Positions 48,529 through 57,338 of a stretch of 59,525 nucleotides of DNA are shown piece by piece. The translations under genes and the position numbers were made by a program. The first letter of the stretch is position 1, and every line of letters starts with the position of its first letter. Under the pieces are notes generated by a model. The model saw only the letters and a program-made list of their open reading frames with translations, was not told the DNA's origin and did no database searches. Source of the stretch: a virus (lineage: Duplodnaviria; Caudoviricetes); the IMG/VR virus record IMGVR_UViG_3300044530_001484, positions 1 through 59,525 of that record; one strand, written 5' to 3'.

Positions 48529-49258
48529 CCGGTATACTAAATTTCTTAAACAGCTCCTTTTCTTTTTCTTCAGCTTCAAGAGCTGCTTTTTGCTGTTTAA
48601 CGAGTGTTTCTAGTTCAGAGAGATTATCAGAATTAAAGATAGAATGTTCATCACCATATAATTCGCCAGTAGGTGTGAGATAATCCGAGATCGTATCAAT
48701 ACGCTTTTGCGGGCTTGTAGGTAGTACAATAATACCCGGAGAATCATCTTTAGGGTAGAAAATATCTGCATCATAGTTTTGACGATATTGAATATATAGC
48801 GCATCAAATATTTCATCAATTTCTTTTATATATGTTTCATCAGTTTCACGAAGACTATCATCAACGATTTTAATAGCTGGATCATACTTTAGAAGTAAAA
48901 TAAGGTCTAAGTGTCTCATTGACTCTCTAGTAAGCTTGATTGCTTTATCTACATATTCTTTAGTAAAGCCTTCAACCTCATGATCATGAGCCCAGAGAGT
49001 ATACGCAAGATTATCAAGTGGGCACCTATCAAATACAATGTTAGAGTTAGCGTCGGTAGACTGTAATTGATCTAACATAAAGTTAAGAATATCCCACTGT
49101 GTATCAATTGATGTACCGGATGAGTGAGGTAAATTCTTTTCTTTAATAAGATCTCTATAGGTCTTAGAGGGTGTTTTGTAGTTAGGCCAAACAGCCAATA
49201 TATTATCAACAAGTGTGGACTTACCGGTGTTAGCTGTACCTGAAACTGCGATTCTCAT
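48500..49258 (-). CDS. P-loop nucleotide kinase (NadR/AAA_28-like)
   Basis: GTANTGKST and FDRCPLD; same motif layout as 16290..16883. Confidence 0.75.
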   Translation of the reverse strand: MRIAVSGTANTGKSTLVDNILAVWPNYKTPSKTYRDLIKEKNLPHSSGTSIDTQWDILNFMLDQLQSTDANSNIVFDRCPLDNLAYTLWAHDHEVEGFTKEYVDKAIKLTRESMRHLDLILLLKYDPAIKIVDDSLRETDETYIKEIDEIFDALYIQYRQNYDADIFYPKDDSPGIIVLPTSPQKRIDTISDYLTPTGELYGDEHSIFNSDNLSELETLVKQQKAALEAEEKEKELFKKFSIPVKQSDRPLF

Positions 49259-49276
49259 ACTTATATATAGTTTATG

Positions 49277-49879
49277 TTACATATTTTTCAAGAACGAAGC
49301 CCATTCATCCTTGTAAATATCAAAAGATAACCCCCTATTTGGGTTATAAGGCTTATATTTAAGCTTTAACCCAGCTTGTTCGGGGGTAAGAGATGCTTTT
49401 CGTGAATTGGTTAACCGACAACAGCAAACCATATTTTCCCATGTATCAGTACCGCCTCTGCTTTTAGGTATAATATGGTCAACACTAAGATCGTCTTTAG
49501 AAAGTTTTTTACCTGTGTATACACATGTAAAATTATCGCGTTTAAGAATATTTTGTTTGGTAGGAAATGATACACGATTATATACGATTTTATCATATCG
49601 AGCACATACTACCACGGATGGAATACGAATAGGTCCACGGGCTGTTTGAATATATTCGTCAAACGGTCTTATAGGTAGTTCTAACCATTCTTTTACACTC
49701 GGGATAGGTACAAAGTAATCTATAACCTCCTGATTAATTTTATTTTCATCTGTAGTTTCATAACTAATATCAAGCGGAATTACAGATTTTGAAAATATAT
49801 TACCAAAGGTTCTTTCAATATCTTCCACGGCAATAGGGAAGTAGTATTTATTAAGAACTAATATCTTAGCCTTCATCAA
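49277..49879 (-). CDS. HNH endonuclease (McrA-like)
   Basis: LVLN, PSVV, RDNFTCVY, DHIIPKSRGG..WENMV..N..K. Confidence 0.85.
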   Translation of the reverse strand: MMKAKILVLNKYYFPIAVEDIERTFGNIFSKSVIPLDISYETTDENKINQEVIDYFVPIPSVKEWLELPIRPFDEYIQTARGPIRIPSVVVCARYDKIVYNRVSFPTKQNILKRDNFTCVYTGKKLSKDDLSVDHIIPKSRGGTDTWENMVCCCRLTNSRKASLTPEQAGLKLKYKPYNPNRGLSFDIYKDEWASFLKNM

Positions 49880-50634
49880 ACACGTAGAGCTAAATTCCAG
49901 AGTACAAGATGAAGTCTCGGACTAAAATTAACGCACATAGCTTTAGCATATTCAGCTACAGTTGCAGCTTTCTCTTGATGTTCTTCACGAGATCCACAGC
50001 AAGGCATAAACCAAATACGACTTAGAGGTACATTAATACCGTTCAGATCATCAACATACTTACACCAAATTTCATCGATATCTTCTGAGCGACTAATAAC
50101 AAACTTAAAGCCTGAGCCGTTTTCTTTATGCCACTTAAGTACATCAGGCTTATACGTTTTTTCTTCTGGATCTCCGTTTGTAGTTAGTTTAGGTGAAGTG
50201 GTAAATGTAGCTTTAAACTCTTCCTTCCATCTAAGATCAGGCATAAGAGTAGCATTAGTTTCAAAATCAATACGAGGTAAAAACTCATACTTCTCAACAA
50301 ATGCTCTTACAAGCTTAAGTAATTGCTTTTGCTGAATCATAGGTTCTCCACCTGTAAGCTTCCAAATAGCACCTTTAGAGAGCTTATCCACGTAGAACTC
50401 CCTTTCCATTAAGTTAAAGATTTCGTTAAAAGACATCTTATTCTTGACTGACCAAGATATAAATGAATCACATCCATTTGGTGAATCTTCCGAGGCAAAT
50501 CCGATACAGGTAAGATTACACATAGACATTCTCATAAAGACAGACGGTTGACCAATATACTCACCTTCTCCCTCAATCGTGAAAAAAACTAAATCATCTG
50601 ATAAAAATAATGTTTCTGTATCGCAATCAATCAT
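49876..50634 (-). CDS. queE: 7-carboxy-7-deazaguanine synthase (radical SAM)
   Basis: FFTIEGEG..G.PSVFMR..CNLTC...CDS, LTGGEP, ETN, TSPK and PRLH; start moved from 50661. Confidence 0.88.
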   Translation of the reverse strand: MIDCDTETLFLSDDLVFFTIEGEGEYIGQPSVFMRMSMCNLTCIGFASEDSPNGCDSFISWSVKNKMSFNEIFNLMEREFYVDKLSKGAIWKLTGGEPMIQQKQLLKLVRAFVEKYEFLPRIDFETNATLMPDLRWKEEFKATFTTSPKLTTNGDPEEKTYKPDVLKWHKENGSGFKFVISRSEDIDEIWCKYVDDLNGINVPLSRIWFMPCCGSREEHQEKAATVAEYAKAMCVNFSPRLHLVLWNLALRV

Positions 50635-50640
50635 ATTAAT

Positions 50641-50668
50641 ATTATGGTATAACAGTTCCATATTTCAA
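50641..50668 (-). promoter_or_regulatory. Sigma70-type promoter
   Basis: TTGAAA-N16-CATAAT, 6 nt before ATG 50634. Confidence 0.5.
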
Positions 50669-50692
50669 GTGTTTTGATTAAATATTATTAAC

Positions 50693-51442
50693 ATGACCCG
50701 TAAAGTGGCGCGAAAGCGCAAGCCTGCTGGTTTGGAGGAAATTTCAGATATTGAAGCTTCTTTTCAAAAAAACTGGATACTTGATTTTAAAATTAAGAAA
50801 CCTTTCCACTTCAACACTAATCATCAACAGTTCTTTAATAGTATAAAGCACGATGATACAAATATGGCTTTTGTAGCTGGACCGGCAGGGTCTGCTAAGT
50901 CATATATTGCTGTATTAGCAGGACTTGAATTACTCAAGGAGAAGAAAATAACAAGTATTATATACATTAGGTCTGTTATTGAATCGGCATCACGTAGCAT
51001 TGGAGCTCTACCGGGAGAGATAGATGACAAGTTCTCACCGTACGCTATGCCTCTTATTGAAAAAATAACAGAAATTACAGATGCTAGTACGTGTAATAAC
51101 CTTAAAACAAATGAGATTATTCGCGCTGTACCTGTTAACTTTGTTAGAGGTCTCACATTTAACGATGCTTTAGTTATTGTTGACGAATCACAAAATTTAT
51201 CTTTGAGCGAACTTATAACAATTCTAACACGCTTTGGTAAAAATACAAAGTATGTTATTTGTGGAGATTTAAATCAGAGTGATATTGGTAAACTGTCCGG
51301 CTTTAAAGAAGTATATGATCGCTTTAATACAGACGAATGCGTGGATCATAAAATCCACGCATTCGAATTTGGAGAATCAGAAATCGTTAGAAGTAAGATT
51401 CTCAAGTTTATCGTTAAGGTACTAGAAGCTAAGCAGCGTTAA
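50693..51442 (+). CDS. phoH: PhoH-family ATPase
   Basis: GPAGSAKS, RGLTF, VDESQN, LTRFG and GDLNQSD. Confidence 0.9.
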   Translation: MTRKVARKRKPAGLEEISDIEASFQKNWILDFKIKKPFHFNTNHQQFFNSIKHDDTNMAFVAGPAGSAKSYIAVLAGLELLKEKKITSIIYIRSVIESASRSIGALPGEIDDKFSPYAMPLIEKITEITDASTCNNLKTNEIIRAVPVNFVRGLTFNDALVIVDESQNLSLSELITILTRFGKNTKYVICGDLNQSDIGKLSGFKEVYDRFNTDECVDHKIHAFEFGESEIVRSKILKFIVKVLEAKQR

Positions 51443-52080
51443 GCACCCCATGATGTACCTGCAAAGGGGTTACTCATTCCTTGTGAAACTCCATTACCAA
51501 CAGCAGCTCCTCTATTTGGAGCGGGCTGCTGTTGAGTCACTGTCTCAACGGGTGTCGTTGCAACTGGTTGAATTTCCGCTTCCGTGTTAAAACTATATGT
51601 TGTCTTGATTGTTTCTTGTTCTACAGCACTATTAGCCTCTGTATATACAGCAGAATTATCCTCATGTTCAAAGACTTCAACCTTATCAACCCAGCACCGA
51701 CCGTCAGTAAGACTACGTACATGTTTGTCTGCAAGTTCAAATACAGTCTCAGCTGCGCGTTCAATGCCTACACCCTTATCCATAATACGAAGCTGAATAA
51801 GTCCACGACTATCAAGATCTTTGAAAATATCTAGTGATGGATCATCTGCTGCAATGGTAGTAGTATGATCAAAAAGATTATTAAGTGTAGCCTTAAGCTC
51901 TTTTAATCCTCCAAAATCAACTGCCCACCCCTTATCATCTAAGGATGAACAACTAAACCATAGTTTAGCTTTTAGCTGATATCCATGAATAAAACGACAA
52001 TGTGAATGGGATGCACGCCATTGTCTAAATGCACAGGAGCCGAGCTCCATTACTTTTGTTGACTGAAAAACAGGTTTCAT
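51439..52080 (-). CDS. queD: 6-carboxytetrahydropterin synthase
   Basis: HCRFIHGY, VDFGGLK, FDH and VEVFEH..NSA. Confidence 0.88.
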   Translation of the reverse strand: MKPVFQSTKVMELGSCAFRQWRASHSHCRFIHGYQLKAKLWFSCSSLDDKGWAVDFGGLKELKATLNNLFDHTTTIAADDPSLDIFKDLDSRGLIQLRIMDKGVGIERAAETVFELADKHVRSLTDGRCWVDKVEVFEHEDNSAVYTEANSAVEQETIKTTYSFNTEAEIQPVATTPVETVTQQQPAPNRGAAVGNGVSQGMSNPFAGTSWGA

Positions 52081-52086
52081 ATCAAC

Positions 52087-52114
52087 ATTGTAATTACTAT
52101 AATAGCTTAGTCAA
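52087..52114 (-). promoter_or_regulatory. Sigma70-type promoter
   Basis: TTGACT-N16-TACAAT, 6 nt before ATG 52080. Confidence 0.6.
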
Positions 52115-52939
52115 CTGTTCGAGTAAAACTTTTTGGGATACTTTAACTTTTTCTGTTAATCCACGTGTCTGTAATACCTGATAAACACTTTTAATATCAT
52201 TCACGTCAAGTACGTCTTGTACGGCTGTTTTATTCGTAATATCCATAATAACCGCATCCATATCCGTTGCACCTGGTGATAGCTTATTTGCGTATTCTCG
52301 TTCGCTAATACCTAAGGTTTTGGTGATAATAGTCGATAGTAAAGCAACTGTAATAGGAGTACCTTTAGATTCGTAGTTTCTTATAATACTATTAAATGTA
52401 GGTGTTTCAGATTTTTTACTTTTTTCACCTTGTACCTGATTACCTTTTGAATCTCTTACATCCATTGAAAGTTGGTTTTCTTTCCCACCCTTAAAAACAT
52501 AAGCATAATATATTTCGGATGGCGCCGAGCCACCTGTTGGTATAAATCTTTCTGCTTTAAAACTAACTATAAATCTATTTGTATTTGTATTAACTTTGGG
52601 TAAATATTGAACATTTTGTGATGCAGTTGTATCTTTTTTAACCTCTAAAACCTTTATACTGTTGGGGTTGAAGGTTTTGTAATATGATATTTTTAATTCT
52701 TGTAAGACGAATTTTTTTGGATCCGTAATTGGGGATGCATTCGGCCTTAGTTCATATAAACCTTTAGCTATACCTGTTACTGGTGACGATATCGTCTTAA
52801 GTGGTGCTGTTAGTGTATTAAACCCCTCTGGATCTAATGCATATATACCTTTTCCAACCGCTTTCATAGCTCGACCTGCAGTTCTTACTTTATCTAAAAA
52901 TCCTTCTTCTAATAATTCCAACTGTGAAAGCTTATGCAT
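52097..52939 (-). CDS. Hypothetical protein, probable internal virion protein
   Basis: N-terminus ..LLEEGFLD; TATAAATA/TAAATA at 52945-52952. Confidence 0.55.
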   Translation of the reverse strand: MHKLSQLELLEEGFLDKVRTAGRAMKAVGKGIYALDPEGFNTLTAPLKTISSPVTGIAKGLYELRPNASPITDPKKFVLQELKISYYKTFNPNSIKVLEVKKDTTASQNVQYLPKVNTNTNRFIVSFKAERFIPTGGSAPSEIYYAYVFKGGKENQLSMDVRDSKGNQVQGEKSKKSETPTFNSIIRNYESKGTPITVALLSTIITKTLGISEREYANKLSPGATDMDAVIMDITNKTAVQDVLDVNDIKSVYQVLQTRGLTEKVKVSQKVLLEQLTKLL

Positions 52940-52953
52940 ATCTATATTTATAG

Positions 52954-52982
52954 TTGATATTATGAATATATGATATTATAAT
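52954..52982 (+). promoter_or_regulatory. Sigma70-type promoter
   Basis: TTGATA-N17-TATAAT, 6 nt before ATG 52989. Confidence 0.7.
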
Positions 52983-52988
52983 CTGATT

Positions 52989-53657
52989 ATGGATGATTCT
53001 GAAAATACCGAAATTGGAGATATCGTTAAGCTACCATATGCTAACGGTAATGCTCCCCGTACAGAAAGGGAAAAGCAAGCTATTATTAAACGAGCTGCTA
53101 AGGCTTATGAAAAATACATGGATGCTCTTGGATTTGACTGGAGAAATGATCCTAACTCGGATAATACTCCAATGCGAGTCGCTAAGGCTTTCGTTAATGA
53201 TATTGCAACCGGCTGTTATGATAATCAGCCTAATGTCACTGCATTTCCGAATAATGGTTATGACGGTATTGTTGCACAGTGCAATATTCCAGTTAAATCA
53301 CTTTGTTCCCATCATCACTTAGCTTTTTCTGGTGTTGCTCATGTAGCGTATATACCGAGCCCAGAAGGTAAGGTTATCGGTCTTAGTAAGCTTAATCGTA
53401 TTGTGGAGTTTTACGCAAGACGTCCGCAAATTCAGGAGGGGTTGAGTGTGCAGATTCATGACGCAGTTGACGTCGCTTGTGAAGGTAATCTAGGTGTAGC
53501 TGTTGTACTCAAAGCTCAACATACATGCGCTTGTAATCGTGGAGTAAGACATGATGGATGCTTTATGATTACATCTAAGCTGTCAGGTGATTTCCTCGCT
53601 GATGAAAAGACACGTACAGAACTTTATAAGTTCATTGATATGGCTTCCAGAAAGTAA
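52989..53657 (+). CDS. folE: GTP cyclohydrolase I
   Basis: [28 protein letters not shown] and HTCACNRG. Confidence 0.95.
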   Translation: MDDSENTEIGDIVKLPYANGNAPRTEREKQAIIKRAAKAYEKYMDALGFDWRNDPNSDNTPMRVAKAFVNDIATGCYDNQPNVTAFPNNGYDGIVAQCNIPVKSLCSHHHLAFSGVAHVAYIPSPEGKVIGLSKLNRIVEFYARRPQIQEGLSVQIHDAVDVACEGNLGVAVVLKAQHTCACNRGVRHDGCFMITSKLSGDFLADEKTRTELYKFIDMASRK

Positions 53658-53678
53658 GGAACTTACATATTATAAGTT

Positions 53679-54245
53679 ATGAATATTTTCGTAACTAACG
53701 ACGATCCCGTGTTAGCAGCACGGGATCTTTGTGATCAACATGTAAGGTCTAAAATGCAAATAGAAGGAGCTATTATGTTAGCACATGCTTTTCCTCAAGA
53801 ACTCTTAGATCATCCCTCCACACCTAGAACACAGTCCGGTAAACCACGTAAATCTGGTAAAGGTTACGCAAAACATCAATGCTCTATATGGGCTAGAGAA
53901 ACTAAATCTAACTTTGAATGGCTTGTAGATCACACTCTGGAAATGTTTACAGAACGAATGCATCGGTGGCCTAATTCCAAGGAACATTTTACAAAAACCT
54001 TTATTGAATGGTGTAGTAATAATACACATAATATTATTACTACACGTACTGAGCTAACACCGTATGCAGTCGCTATTAATATTGACTGTAATTGTCGTAA
54101 GCTACCGAGATTTGATCAGCTCAGCGTTATCGATCAATACCGTGCCTATATTATTCACGATAAAGACTTTGCAACGTGGACTATTAGACAGTCACCTGAT
54201 TGGTATCATACTGAACACCGATTCGATCATCAGCAATATTCTTAG
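53679..54245 (+). CDS. Pyrimidine-dimer DNA glycosylase/DenV-like family protein
   Basis: MNIFV..P..AAR.LCD.HV..KM..E, H.CSIWAR, YRAY and P.W. Confidence 0.65.
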   Translation: MNIFVTNDDPVLAARDLCDQHVRSKMQIEGAIMLAHAFPQELLDHPSTPRTQSGKPRKSGKGYAKHQCSIWARETKSNFEWLVDHTLEMFTERMHRWPNSKEHFTKTFIEWCSNNTHNIITTRTELTPYAVAINIDCNCRKLPRFDQLSVIDQYRAYIIHDKDFATWTIRQSPDWYHTEHRFDHQQYS

Positions 54246-54639
54246 CATTAACATCAATTAGTGCATCGAGTTGTTTTATAAAGTCCTTACCCACTAAAAC
54301 TTTATAGTCATTAGCCTCTCTATTACCGATGCTGAAAGGTACATTATCGAATTCCGTACCTGCGAACTTAACTCTAAACCCCACAACAGGCCGTTTCTCT
54401 GTATGACCTGCACCTACATTAATTGTTATAGAATCAACGACATCCTTTATTAAACGCTTTCCGTTAATAGTAGTAAAAGAAACTTTTGAACCTTGTCTCG
54501 TTAGGTCTACACCGTGTATCACATTATAAGCGCCGTTACCTGAGTCTATTTTAGCTAATACACTACCTACACCAGCTATATCCATCTCTTCGATAAGACC
54601 TATAACTGTTTTCTCAAAAAAATGTTTAAAGTTAATCAT
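54184..54639 (-). CDS. Retropepsin-like aspartic protease (RimK-associated family)
   Basis: AKIDSGNG, EKRPVV and VLVGKDF; start moved from 54765 to ATG 54639. Confidence 0.75.
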   Translation of the reverse strand: MINFKHFFEKTVIGLIEEMDIAGVGSVLAKIDSGNGAYNVIHGVDLTRQGSKVSFTTINGKRLIKDVVDSITINVGAGHTEKRPVVGFRVKFAGTEFDNVPFSIGNREANDYKVLVGKDFIKQLDALIDVNAKNIADDRIGVQYDTNQVTV

Positions 54640-55084
54640 GAGTACAGTCTTTACATTCTCCACACGCGCACCCTTGTTTTGAGTATTCACAACCTGAATC
54701 CTCACTACCCATATTGTACATGTCTTGATTATGACCATCACAACCCTCGTGTTGTTGATACTCAAGCCAGTGATATACAGAAGAAATATAATCCGATGCT
54801 TTTGTTATTTTAGATGATACCCAACCCTCAAGGGAAGGTAAATCTGCAACAATTTCTTTTAGCTTAGGAGCATACTCTGTAAGCTTATGCAACTCAGACA
54901 ATGCCATTTCAATTTCACTAGGATCATTTTCATGATGATCACTACTATCTGTTGATACTTCTGCACCAGGCATATCCATTGTTATCATAACAGGCTTACC
55001 CATAAGGCTCGGAGCACTTAGATCACCACCGCCTACCTGACCGTAAGCTTCTGATAACAAATTTTGGTCTCTACGTTTTAGCAT
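54632..55084 (-). CDS. Hypothetical protein with Cys-rich C-terminus
   Basis: WVSSKITKASDYI motif; TAAATA at 55090-55095. Confidence 0.6.
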   Translation of the reverse strand: MLKRRDQNLLSEAYGQVGGGDLSAPSLMGKPVMITMDMPGAEVSTDSSDHHENDPSEIEMALSELHKLTEYAPKLKEIVADLPSLEGWVSSKITKASDYISSVYHWLEYQQHEGCDGHNQDMYNMGSEDSGCEYSKQGCACGECKDCTHD

Positions 55085-55092
55085 AACATTAT

Positions 55093-55638
55093 TTATGCTA
55101 TACCTAAGATACTCTTTATTCTTTCTTTATCTGTTTCTTTTATTTGTTGAGGTACGAAATAATCTACTACCGCAGGATCTTTTGACGCTATCATTTCTCT
55201 AACTTTTGTACCACTTATTCCACCACCTTGTATATCTATCTTACTAATTACAACATGTGGATATTTTTCTGGATTTTTAATAAATGAATTATAACGTGCC
55301 ATATCTTGATCTTTAGCTCCTGCACCGACAATTAAATTAACATTATTATGCTCTATTGCTAGATCATAAGTAGATTGTACCGGTGTAATCGAACTCTTTA
55401 CGATTTCAACAGGTTTGGAGAGGTATGGTTTGTATATTGCCCATATTTGATAAGCCATTTCCTGTGTTATACCTTCGCGAGGACTCTTACCTATAAACAC
55501 AACACCTTTATCTGCTCCTTGTAGTATATTTTCAAGCGCTTGAAAATGTCCATTAGTAGGTGGTTTAAACCCACCAGGTAGTACAGCTACGGTTTCTACG
55601 TTTTCTAATCTTTCAAAAAATTGTCTAAAATTAATCAT
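55093..55638 (-). CDS. HIGH-family nucleotidyltransferase (cytidylyltransferase-like)
   Basis: PGGFKPPTNGH and ISGTKVR (KMSKS-equivalent). Confidence 0.8.
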   Translation of the reverse strand: MINFRQFFERLENVETVAVLPGGFKPPTNGHFQALENILQGADKGVVFIGKSPREGITQEMAYQIWAIYKPYLSKPVEIVKSSITPVQSTYDLAIEHNNVNLIVGAGAKDQDMARYNSFIKNPEKYPHVVISKIDIQGGGISGTKVREMIASKDPAVVDYFVPQQIKETDKERIKSILGIA

Positions 55639-57338
55639 ATTCTTCCTTTGTTTTTATGAAATGTAGGTGATATGACTTTAAAGATAAACGGGTTACCATC
55701 AGATCCCTTAAGTTTAATTACAAGGCCTTCATACTCACCGAGACTACCAGCTAACTTATTAAGCTCATCTAAGATCTTTAAGTGCATTCTCTTCTGTATA
55801 GGAAGTAATACTTTCGTTATATGCTGCCTTAATGCCTTTTTCTCACGTTGATCATCTTGCTTTCTTGAAGGGTTATTTAAAATCTCAGCATAGTTGGGGT
55901 ATTGCGAATAAAAATTATTCAACTCCTGTTCAGCTAAGTTCATTTCGTTCGATAAATTAATAGGATTAAATACTTCTATATCTAAAGGAAGAAACTTTAC
56001 ATCCTTAGTAGATAAATCGACTAAACTCTTTGTTATGTCATATTTTATATTACCTGGTAACTCGTTACCTTGATAATCTGTTATATTAATAATAGGGAAT
56101 GTTGACCATACACCCAATTTATCCTTTTCATAATTTGTAGCTACAAAATAAACTACGCTAGGGTTATCCTCACGTGTTAAAGCGAACGGCGAATACAACC
56201 ACTCAGCTTGAACACGTATACCGTCTAGATCTAAATCTTTTTTGTAGCGATCTAATGTCTTAAATACTATTTTTTTAATCTTATTAAAATTAACTTCAAA
56301 TGCTTCTCGTGTAGGTGCATGTTTTATTTTTTCTGTAAAATTACCGTCTGTTACAGGGCCCGAATAACTACCTTGCAAGAAAAACTTATTTTCTGGTGTG
56401 ATACCGAACTTTACACTCAAACCATCAGCTTTTTCAGATATGCTTGAATTACCGGGTTGTATGACACCGTTCGAATCATCTAGTACATTTATAAAATTAA
56501 CAAAATTCTCAAAACTCATTGAGTATTGATCTGATTTATACTCTGAATAAAGATGTTGTACACCTACTCTCGTTCCTTCTGCTGTTGTACTCTCTGTTAA
56601 TTTTTGCTGTGGTAGTAAAGAAGCAATATCTATACCTTCCTTTAAAATAGTCTGCCTTGCATCTGCTACTATAGCTAGAACAATATTAACATCTTTGTAT
56701 CTCTTATATAAAGATGACATAATATTAGGAATTGTTTTAAGATTACGTTCTCTAGCACTTGGATCACCAAGTAAAATTTGCGATACTCTACCCGGGTCTG
56801 ACCCCTCTACTACAGCTCCTGTAGCTCTATCTGTAATACCGTTTATACCACTCCACCTACAGTTAATATTTTTAGCGAGATTTGAAAGTACAATAGCTCT
56901 ATGCATTCCCTTATAGGGTGGTATTTCATCGTTTGCTAATACAAATTGTGCAAATTTAATGTCATGTACAAACATAAAATCAGTTTGTACATACTGTTCA
57001 TTAACTCCTATAATAGGTGTTCTGAAATGGACACTTATACCTGATCTAGCAATATAATCTTTAGGATTAAGATTTCGCTCTTCACACCAATTTTTTAATA
57101 TTGCTGTTAACTCATCTTTTGTATATTTTTGACTATTAATAGCTATATCTAAATCTCCGGAAGACTCTCTTTTACCAGTACTTCCCAATAAGCATCTATT
57201 AAGATTAATACCAACAATATTTGAGAGCATATCGACCGTTGGTTTGATATTAGCTAACTGTATACGTGTAGTAGGATTTTGCTTAAACACGTTTCCTCCC
57301 TCAACAATAATATGGTAATAATGTTTAAAATCTATCAT
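55635..57338 (-). CDS. Pol-beta-type nucleotidyltransferase fused to a KxDG ligase-like domain
   Basis: N-domain LGSTGK..SGDLD..VQTDFM; C-domain SEKADG...QAEWLY...YEGLVI..FKV. Confidence 0.6.
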   Translation of the reverse strand: MIDFKHYYHIIVEGGNVFKQNPTTRIQLANIKPTVDMLSNIVGINLNRCLLGSTGKRESSGDLDIAINSQKYTKDELTAILKNWCEERNLNPKDYIARSGISVHFRTPIIGVNEQYVQTDFMFVHDIKFAQFVLANDEIPPYKGMHRAIVLSNLAKNINCRWSGINGITDRATGAVVEGSDPGRVSQILLGDPSARERNLKTIPNIMSSLYKRYKDVNIVLAIVADARQTILKEGIDIASLLPQQKLTESTTAEGTRVGVQHLYSEYKSDQYSMSFENFVNFINVLDDSNGVIQPGNSSISEKADGLSVKFGITPENKFFLQGSYSGPVTDGNFTEKIKHAPTREAFEVNFNKIKKIVFKTLDRYKKDLDLDGIRVQAEWLYSPFALTREDNPSVVYFVATNYEKDKLGVWSTFPIINITDYQGNELPGNIKYDITKSLVDLSTKDVKFLPLDIEVFNPINLSNEMNLAEQELNNFYSQYPNYAEILNNPSRKQDDQREKKALRQHITKVLLPIQKRMHLKILDELNKLAGSLGEYEGLVIKLKGSDGNPFIFKVISPTFHKNKGRI

